Positions 57,222-64,000 of a stretch of 64,000 nucleotides of DNA are shown here, piece after piece (positions within the stretch are counted from its first letter, which is position 1; each line of letters starts with the position of its first letter). Source of the DNA: Spirochaetia bacterium (GTDB lineage Bacteria; Spirochaetota; Spirochaetia; CADAEX01). The notes under the pieces are model-generated. The model was not told the origin of the DNA and did no database searches. It saw only the letters and a program-made list of their open reading frames with translations. A program made the translations under genes and the position numbers. The stretch lies in the NCBI GenBank assembly GCA_963662795.1, contig OY759746.1, positions 3,360,001-3,424,000 of the forward strand, in the 5' to 3' direction.

Positions 57222-57235
57222 TAAAGCAAAACAGA

Positions 57236-58309
57236 TTATGTAAAACAGATTGTTTTCTCAGGGTCAATCCTGAATACAGCATAATCCTTATCAAGTGTTT
57301 TATACGGAAAATAATCATAAAGAATTATTTTCATATTTTTTCCGGCCGGGGGCTGCGCTTCAATCCGGTAGTAACTTCCAAGAAAAGTTTTTTTTGTGAT
57401 TTTGACCTTAATATGGTTGGAATTATTGTTTTCGCCGGCAGGACCTGACTCCCGCAAAGCGGTTATTTCGCAGGATTCAGGTCTGAAAAAAATATATGAT
57501 ATATTTCCTGCTTCAGTTAATGAAATTGTTCTTTCAGGCATATTGAATAACCCGGCGTCAGTCATAACTTTATCACCATTTATACCTGTTATTGTCAGCC
57601 AGTTTGATTCGCCTATAAACCGGGCTGCGAACCGGGACTTCGGATTGTGATAAAGGTTTAAAGGAGAATCTGTCTGTTCAATTCTTCCATTGTTCATAAC
57701 GCATATCCTGTCCGAGAGGGAAAGTGCTTCTTCCTGGTCATGGGTAACATATATGGTTGTCAGTCCTGTTTTTTCATGGATTTCCCGTATCTCGTTTCTC
57801 AGCGTATTTCTCAAAGTCACATCAAGCGCGCTTAACGGTTCATCAAGCAGAAGTATTTCAGGCTCGGCTGCAATTGCCCTTGCAAGGGCTACTCTCTGTT
57901 TTTCCCCTCCGGAAAGCAAGTCTGTATTTCTGGCGGCATATTTTTCCATTCTTATAGATGATAAAAGTGACTCTGCCTTATTGGCAATTCTCTGTTTATC
58001 CCATCTTTTCGATTCAGGCCCGTATGTGATGTTTTTATATACATTTCTGTTCGGGAAAAGGGCATAATTCTGAAAAACTATTGATATATTCCTCTCCCGG
58101 GGCGGCAAGTCTGTTATATCCTTTCCTGAAAGAAAAATCTTTCCCTTATCAGGTTTGATAAATCCTGCGATAATCCTGAGCAGCGTTGTCTTCCCGCATC
58201 CCGACGGCCCTGATAATGTAAACAGTTCCCCGTTTTCAATGTGGAAATCAACAACTATATCAAAATCATCATAATGTTTGTAAATTCCTTTCAATTCAAG
58301 ATATTTCAT
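57236..58309 (-). CDS. thiQ: Thiamine ABC transporter ATP-binding subunit
   Basis: GPSGCGKT, FQNYALFP, LSGGEKQR, LLDEP, VTHDQEEA; third gene of a TPP-riboswitch operon. Confidence 0.8.
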   Translation of the reverse strand: MKYLELKGIYKHYDDFDIVVDFHIENGELFTLSGPSGCGKTTLLRIIAGFIKPDKGKIFLSGKDITDLPPRERNISIVFQNYALFPNRNVYKNITYGPESKRWDKQRIANKAESLLSSIRMEKYAARNTDLLSGGEKQRVALARAIAAEPEILLLDEPLSALDVTLRNTLRNEIREIHEKTGLTTIYVTHDQEEALSLSDRICVMNNGRIEQTDSPLNLYHNPKSRFAARFIGESNWLTITGINGDKVMTDAGLFNMPERTISLTEAGNISYIFFRPESCEITALRESGPAGENNNSNHIKVKITKKTFLGSYYRIEAQPPAGKNMKIILYDYFPYKTLDKDYAVFRIDPEKTICFT

Positions 58310-59931
58310 AATTCTATCCTTCCTGATTTATCAATTAGAAAAAAAGAAATAACGCAGGTGACAATCAGGATGGAGCCCATGGCGCATGCCTGACTGAAGT
58401 TATACGATCCGATAAGGCGATAAATGGCAACCGGAATGGTTGTGAACCTGTCAGGCGCTATCATCAGGGTGGAGTTTATCTCTCCCATTGAGAGGGCAAA
58501 GGCAAGTACGCCGCCCGTAATTATTCCACCGCGGACAAGGGGAAGTTCAATGGTGAATAATATTCTTCTCCTGCCGGCTCCTATGCTTTCTGCAGATTCA
58601 ATAATGCTTCTGTCAATTTTATCATAGAAAACTGAGATGCTTTTAAATACAAGGGGGAGAAATATTACAGAATGCAGCATACTGAGCAGTACCAGCGGCT
58701 GGATTTCTATCTGAAAATCAGAAACAGCTTTCATATAGGAAAGTGAAAGAATAATTGACGATACGCCGAGACTCATGGCAAAAAACGTTTCAATCAATAC
58801 TTTCATGACAGTTTTTTTTCTCTGAAGAAAAGAAAGCGCGGCAACGGAAACTGCGCAGGTTAATAAAGTATTGAATGAAGCAAGAATGAGGCTGTTTTTG
58901 ACCGGACGGAATCCCAGCTCTGAAAAACTTTTTATATACCACCTGAGGCTGAAAACCGCGTCCCCGGCATGGGAGCTTTTAAACCTGAAAGATTCAAAAA
59001 TTATCATAGCAAGCGGCATTATGATAATTATGAAAAGAAAAAGGAAAAACAGAACTATAAGAATTATCTGTAATAATGATGAAGATCGCTGTTTTTCAGG
59101 TATCCGGAAATTATCTGAATAAATCATGGATGTTTTTTTCTGAAAAAAAGAATAGATAAATAAAAATGAAAGAGTAACAAAAGACTGAAGCACTGAAAGC
59201 GAACAGGCCGCCCTTATATCCATTGATGTCCTTACCAGCCGGTATATCTCAACTTCGAGTGTTGTAAACTTCGGTCCGCCGCCAAGCACCAGTATGATTG
59301 AAAAACTCATAAAACAGAGGATGAAAATAAGTGAGAAAGCCGCAATGACCGGAGGCAGTATCTGCGGCAGCACGGCTGTCATGAAAACCCGCAGCTTTGT
59401 CGCACCCAGACTTTCAGCCGCTTCGATTATATCGCCGGATATCCTCTCCCATGCTGAACTTACAATCCTTATAAATAAAGGTGAATTGTAAAACACATGG
59501 GCAAGTATTATAGCTTTGAAGCTGTAGAGTATTAAAAACGGCGGTTTTTCAAGATTAAACAGTTTCATTGCGGCTGAATTTATCAAACCGTTATTTCCGA
59601 ATAACAGGACAAAACCGAGAACCACAATAATTGACGGAAGAACAAACGGTACAAGGGTAATTGATTTTATAATATTTTTAAAAGGAAAATTGAAATTAAC
59701 AAGTATGTATGCGCCTATCAGCCCCGGGATCATCGAAAAAAAAGCGCTGAAAAAAGCCTGTTTAAGTGTAAAAAGGAACACACTTTTAAAATATGATTCA
59801 GATAAACTATTTATAAGAGATGACGGTGAGACCCCTGATATCAAAAGATTAGCCAGAGGAAGATAGAAAGCGAGAAGAATAAATAAAAACGGCAGGGAAT
59901 AAAAAACTGCCGCGCTTTTCTTTACCGTCAT
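58306..59931 (-). CDS. thiP: Thiamine ABC transporter permease (duplicated FbpB/ThiP type)
   Basis: FTLKQA, PFVLP, AHVFYN, two EAA-loop motifs, TTLEVEIY. Confidence 0.85.
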   Translation of the reverse strand: MTVKKSAAVFYSLPFLFILLAFYLPLANLLISGVSPSSLINSLSESYFKSVFLFTLKQAFFSAFFSMIPGLIGAYILVNFNFPFKNIIKSITLVPFVLPSIIVVLGFVLLFGNNGLINSAAMKLFNLEKPPFLILYSFKAIILAHVFYNSPLFIRIVSSAWERISGDIIEAAESLGATKLRVFMTAVLPQILPPVIAAFSLIFILCFMSFSIILVLGGGPKFTTLEVEIYRLVRTSMDIRAACSLSVLQSFVTLSFLFIYSFFQKKTSMIYSDNFRIPEKQRSSSLLQIILIVLFFLFLFIIIIMPLAMIIFESFRFKSSHAGDAVFSLRWYIKSFSELGFRPVKNSLILASFNTLLTCAVSVAALSFLQRKKTVMKVLIETFFAMSLGVSSIILSLSYMKAVSDFQIEIQPLVLLSMLHSVIFLPLVFKSISVFYDKIDRSIIESAESIGAGRRRILFTIELPLVRGGIITGGVLAFALSMGEINSTLMIAPDRFTTIPVAIYRLIGSYNFSQACAMGSILIVTCVISFFLIDKSGRIEL

Positions 59932-59935
59932 CTTT

Positions 59936-60958
59936 TTAATTTTCCTGGTCCCTGACTGCGGTAAGCCATTCTTTTATCCAGCTGTCAATATTTTCAGCTG
60001 CTTTTCCGCTGTCAAAAAGAAGATATGTTTCCGGTTTGAGAGCGACTCTGTATGAATCAGGGAGAGGTATATCCCTGACAGGAAACATCCAGTTTGTAAG
60101 GGGAAGTTCCTTCTGGAAATCATCAGAAAGGATAAAATCAATGAATTTTTCAGCCTCTTTCCTCTTTTTTGACCCTTTTACAATTGCAGCCCCTTCAATA
60201 TGCATGTAATTACCGTTTTTGAATACCGCTGCTTTATATTTCTCACTGTTTTCATATTCAAGATGATATGCCGGGCTTGTCGTATAACTTAAAACCATAG
60301 GTGCTTCCCCGTTGACAAACAGGCCGTAGCCTGAATCCCAGCCTTCTGTGATTGTAAGTATATTGGGAGAAAGTTTTTTCCAGTATTCAATAAAATCATC
60401 CCCATAGGCCTTAACAGTCCAGAGTAAAAAACCGAGGCCGGGCCCTGAAGTTCTTGGATCCATCAGAATAATTGATTTACTGTAACTCTTGTCAAGAAGG
60501 TCATCAAGCGAGGAGGGCGGTACTGAGATTTTTTCGCTGTCATATATGATAGAGAAAAATCCGTAATCATAAGGCGTTATATGACCGGATTTATCAAAAA
60601 CAAGTTTATCATCGATTTTTGACAATGCGCCTGAAGTATATTTTTCAAGTATACCGGCTGATATTGCTTTTTCCGCCATATTATTGTCTATGCCGATTAC
60701 AATATCAGCTTCCGGTTTTTCCTTTTCAAGAATAAGACGGCTTAATACCTGGCCTGCATCGCCGGGTGAGACAATTTCAGTTTTAATTCCGGTTTTTTCT
60801 TCAAACAGCGGAAATACCTTCGGCCCCGGCCCCCATTCCGAAATAAAGGAATCATAGGCATAGATTACAAGATTTTCAGATACATTGCTTTTTTTTGAGC
60901 AGGAAACTGAAAACATCAAAAGAAAAACAATAAGAACCGCTGCAATAAAATTTTTCAC
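59936..60958 (-). CDS. thiB: Thiamine-binding lipoprotein
   Basis: YAYDSFISEWGPGP, DPRTSGPGLGF, YTTSPAYH, TNWMFP; SVSC lipobox; GTG start with AGGAGG RBS. Confidence 0.9.
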   Translation of the reverse strand: MKNFIAAVLIVFLLMFSVSCSKKSNVSENLVIYAYDSFISEWGPGPKVFPLFEEKTGIKTEIVSPGDAGQVLSRLILEKEKPEADIVIGIDNNMAEKAISAGILEKYTSGALSKIDDKLVFDKSGHITPYDYGFFSIIYDSEKISVPPSSLDDLLDKSYSKSIILMDPRTSGPGLGFLLWTVKAYGDDFIEYWKKLSPNILTITEGWDSGYGLFVNGEAPMVLSYTTSPAYHLEYENSEKYKAAVFKNGNYMHIEGAAIVKGSKKRKEAEKFIDFILSDDFQKELPLTNWMFPVRDIPLPDSYRVALKPETYLLFDSGKAAENIDSWIKEWLTAVRDQEN

Positions 60959-61110
60959 AATAACCCTCCTGAAGATTTAAATCAGGGATATCCGCAATTG
61001 CTGACAGGATGTTAAGCCCGGTGCAGTCAAAACCGGACAGCAACATTCCAATCCAAACAGCTGGATTCCCGATAGAGTTTTTGTGCATATGAAAGGGGAA
61101 TGAAAAATGT

Positions 61111-61186
61111 TGTACTCCCTACGCTGGCATTATCCAGATCAGGTTCAACGGGTATTATCTCAGGCTTAAATCGCCACCCCACATAC
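61111..61186 (-). ncRNA. TPP riboswitch aptamer
   Basis: Minus strand GGGGTG...CTGAGATAATACCCGTTGAACCTGATCTGGATAATGCCAGCGTAGGGA, upstream of thiB. Confidence 0.95.
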
Positions 61187-61236
61187 ACAGAAAAGTTATA
61201 TTAATTATATTATTTTTAATCCAATAGTCAACAGTA

Positions 61237-62415
61237 TCAGCTGTAAATAAATTTCTTTTTTCTTATATAGAGGACAAACGGCAGTCCGATAAATGAGACG
61301 CAGCCGGATAATAAAAATGCGTTACTTAAACCGAGAATATCTCCCGCAATTCCTGTAAAAACCAGTGCCGCGGAAATAGTAAGAAAATCAATCATTATGT
61401 AAATACTGCTGCTTACTGTAGGGTTTTTCCCGTTTACAGCCTGTACATAAGCAAGAATTACAGGTGCTGACGCGAAAGAGACAAACCCGGTCAGTATAAT
61501 CAGTGTCATTAGAATAATTGTAGAAGTATTACCTGCAAACAGAAAAAGAAACATCAGAACAGGCGATAAGGCAGATATTACAAGCAGTGTGTTGTTTTTG
61601 CCGAATCTGTCAGAAATTGGTCCTGCCAGCATTGTGCCGGCGGCAGCTGATATCTGAAGGACTGAAAGAGATATACCTGAAAACCATAGCGAGTGGCCCC
61701 TGGATGTAAGGTAGGCAGGAAGAAAAGCGTTGAGCACTGATGAGATGCTTGACCTTGCAATCATGAGCATTAAAACCGGAAGAAAGAACCCTTTCATGGT
61801 TTTTAATACAAGAAAAAATTTCTCTTCAGAAACAGTTGATGCATTACGGTTGTTTTCATTGGAACTTTCATCCCTGAATTTCAGGATTACGGCCAAAGAC
61901 ATAATAAGAGCGAGAGGGAGAAGGAAATAAACCCTTCCCGGTCCCCAGAGTGATATGGCCGCAAGAATCAGCAGAGGGCCTACTCCCCGGGACATTTCGC
62001 CGCCGAACATATAAAAGCTCATTCCAAGCCCTATTCTGCTGCCTGAATGCTTTTTTATCATTACCGGCCCGATTATATGAAAAAAGCATGCGCTAAGTCC
62101 CATTATCAGAATCAGGGTTGAAAGAGCAAAATAAGAGGGTGCTGCGGTTATAAAACACATACTTGCCGCAGTTACCATAATTGAAACGGAAAGGACAAGT
62201 GCAACAGGTTTCCTTGATGCAAAATTGCCGATAACAGGGTTTAACAGCGCCGGCAGCCTGTGGAAAATGGATAAAAGTCCTGCCTGTGAATAGCTTATTC
62301 CGAGGGTCTGTATTATAAGGGGAAGGGCGGGTGACAAAAAATGGCTGAAAAGATCATGAAAAAAATGGGATGCTGAAACTGTTGCTACAGAAAATAAATC
62401 AAATCTTTTTTTCAT
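61237..62415 (-). CDS. MFS transporter (Fsr-like)
   Basis: SHFFHD, 12 TM, GPISDRFGK motif, CFFH. Confidence 0.85.
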   Translation of the reverse strand: MKKRFDLFSVATVSASHFFHDLFSHFLSPALPLIIQTLGISYSQAGLLSIFHRLPALLNPVIGNFASRKPVALVLSVSIMVTAASMCFITAAPSYFALSTLILIMGLSACFFHIIGPVMIKKHSGSRIGLGMSFYMFGGEMSRGVGPLLILAAISLWGPGRVYFLLPLALIMSLAVILKFRDESSNENNRNASTVSEEKFFLVLKTMKGFFLPVLMLMIARSSISSVLNAFLPAYLTSRGHSLWFSGISLSVLQISAAAGTMLAGPISDRFGKNNTLLVISALSPVLMFLFLFAGNTSTIILMTLIILTGFVSFASAPVILAYVQAVNGKNPTVSSSIYIMIDFLTISAALVFTGIAGDILGLSNAFLLSGCVSFIGLPFVLYIRKKKFIYS

Positions 62416-62436
62416 ACTGTAAAAACTCTCCCTGAA

Positions 62437-63243
62437 CTAATATGAATAATTGCTTTTAAACCAGCTGTATAAAGCTGTAACACGATTGTAAATCGATATT
62501 CCAATCCTGTTTCTTATAAAATCAGAATCAATAGTTTTACTTATACCGTTGCAGTAAATTATCAATCCGTTTTCTGCAGGAATAACAGCTGTATAAAATA
62601 TCAGCCCGTTTTTTTTGACTACAGGGAAAAAGGCAAGTGTAATTCTTTCAAGATTGCTCATTTTCATTACAAGAGAATCATCTGACACAGAGTAATCTAT
62701 AAGATATTTATTGTTTCCGAACGTCGTATCCTCAATCATAGCTGTCATTGTGTGTTTTTCAGGCAGAAAAGTCTCTGCAGGGGCCGCATCAGTTGCCGGG
62801 GTGATTTGTCCGGATTGTATTTCTACTTTTGAAAAAAGGACTCTCTCTTCTTTATGGGAATAGGAATAATAGGTTATTCCTTCAAGTTTTTTTATATCAG
62901 TCAGAATATGAAAAGAATCCTTCATTATATTTTTTTTATCCCGTGAAGATGGGTATGAAAAATAAAAAACACTCTCAATTGCAGTATTGAAATCTGTTTT
63001 TTCAATATCTTTTAAAATTCTGTTTCTTTCCTTTAATTCGGGCAGCAGTTTGAAATCAAGGTGTGAAGCCGGATATCTGTCAATTCTCCCTTCACTAAGG
63101 AGTTTTTCAATTTCACTTTTTTCAATTCTGCTGAAAAAACGGCTGAATTCTTCATATTCTCCCTGTTTTTCATCGGAAAATGAATATATTGTAAAGAAAG
63201 AGAGCTGGAGCATTGTCAAGATTGAAAAAATCAGAGTTCTCAT
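62437..63243 (-). CDS. Conserved hypothetical exported protein
   Basis: Signal-like N-terminus, LEGITYYS, EDTTFG.N.Y, NRVTALYSWF; 268 aa. Confidence 0.65.
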   Translation of the reverse strand: MRTLIFSILTMLQLSFFTIYSFSDEKQGEYEEFSRFFSRIEKSEIEKLLSEGRIDRYPASHLDFKLLPELKERNRILKDIEKTDFNTAIESVFYFSYPSSRDKKNIMKDSFHILTDIKKLEGITYYSYSHKEERVLFSKVEIQSGQITPATDAAPAETFLPEKHTMTAMIEDTTFGNNKYLIDYSVSDDSLVMKMSNLERITLAFFPVVKKNGLIFYTAVIPAENGLIIYCNGISKTIDSDFIRNRIGISIYNRVTALYSWFKSNYSY

Positions 63244-63289
63244 ATAATCTCAAATCTAAGGTAATAGCACTTTAACATCAAGAGGTATT

Positions 63290-64000
63290 ATGAAAATCAA
63301 TATATGTTTTACCGGAGGCGGGACAGCAGGACATGTTTATCCGGGTCTTGCAGTTATTGAATCTTTAATGAAATTGTCAGTAGAAAAAAATATTGATCCT
63401 GAAATATTCTGGATAGGCTCTTCTTCCGGGATGGAAAAAAAACTTCTTGAATCAAAGGGTATTGAATTTTACGGTATACATACAGGTAAACTCAGGCGAT
63501 ATTTTTCATTTAATAATTTTACCGATATTTTTAAAATCAAGATGGGAATAATCAAGTCTTTTTTTATACTTCTCAGGAAAAAACCTGATGTCATATTTTC
63601 AAAAGGGGGATATGTCAGCGTTCCCCCTGTATTTGCCGGGAGATTGCTCGGTATACCGGTAATAACACATGAATCGGATTATACTCCCGGTCTTGCAACA
63701 AAAATAAATAAATATTTTTCAAAAATAATAATGGTCTCTTTTAAAGAAACCGGAAATTTTTTCACCGGGAAATATCGGGATAAAATTCTTGTTACCGGAA
63801 ACCCTGTCCGTAAGTTGTTTTACTCTGCTGATCCCATCCGGGGAAGAGAACATCTCTCTTTGACTGAGAAAATACCTGTTATCCTGGTACTGGGCGGCAG
63901 TCAGGGCGCTCAGGAATTAAATTACCTGATAAACAAGCTGGCTGATATGCTTGTGAAGGATTATTATGTAATACATCAGACCGGAGAAAAAGGATATTCG
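63290..64000 (+). CDS. murG: MurG glycosyltransferase (partial, runs off the window; absent from the ORF track)
   Basis: From ATG 63290: MKINICFTGGGTAGHVYPG, TGKLRRYFS, FSKGGYVSVP, HESD, TGNPVR, LGGSQGA. Confidence 0.93.
   Translation, partial: MKINICFTGGGTAGHVYPGLAVIESLMKLSVEKNIDPEIFWIGSSSGMEKKLLESKGIEFYGIHTGKLRRYFSFNNFTDIFKIKMGIIKSFFILLRKKPDVIFSKGGYVSVPPVFAGRLLGIPVITHESDYTPGLATKINKYFSKIIMVSFKETGNFFTGKYRDKILVTGNPVRKLFYSADPIRGREHLSLTEKIPVILVLGGSQGAQELNYLINKLADMLVKDYYVIHQTGEKGYS

Noticed and set aside
1-64000. CRISPR array, prophage, integrase, rRNA, retron/DGR or toxin-antitoxin genes
   Set aside because: No regularly spaced repeat array or diagnostic proteins seen; the RHH gene is followed by a transporter, not a toxin

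Overview
Chromosomal window from an AT-rich bacterium, most likely a free-living spirochaete. This is inferred from spirochaete-style lipoproteins, a DUF1577/PilZ-like gene and the gene order; no taxonomic marker is present. The left arm (1-9.9 kb) and right arm (41.3-64 kb) are mostly housekeeping: HD hydrolase, aconitase, gpmI, asd, phosphoketolase, rnhA, comM/yifB, htrA, uvrB, TPP-riboswitch-controlled thiBPQ and a partial murG. A ~31 kb accessory block starts at the 3' end of a tRNA-Met(CAT). (i) A ~22 kb island ends in a degenerate copy of the tRNA 3' end and is bracketed by two decayed, same-orientation IS5 elements. It carries TetR / LolA-like / beta-barrel / MMPL / feoC-feoA-feoB / YbtPQ-IrtAB-like ABC pair / four methyltransferases / TetR-MATE. 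It also carries a zinc-type operon headed by an unusual ribbon-helix-helix + Cys/His protein with its own palindromic operator. (ii) A membrane AraC + lipoprotein pair and a complete type I Wadjet (jetABCD) defence operon follow. The most notable signals not in the ORF track are: a promoter architecture shared by two orphan lipoprotein genes 47 kb apart (candidate regulon of a 7TM-PAS-LuxR sensor), three operator palindrome sets, a cryptic second feoC pseudogene, frequent leaderless promoters, and a possible leader peptide after the TPP riboswitch. All family assignments come from motif recognition by eye, not database searches.
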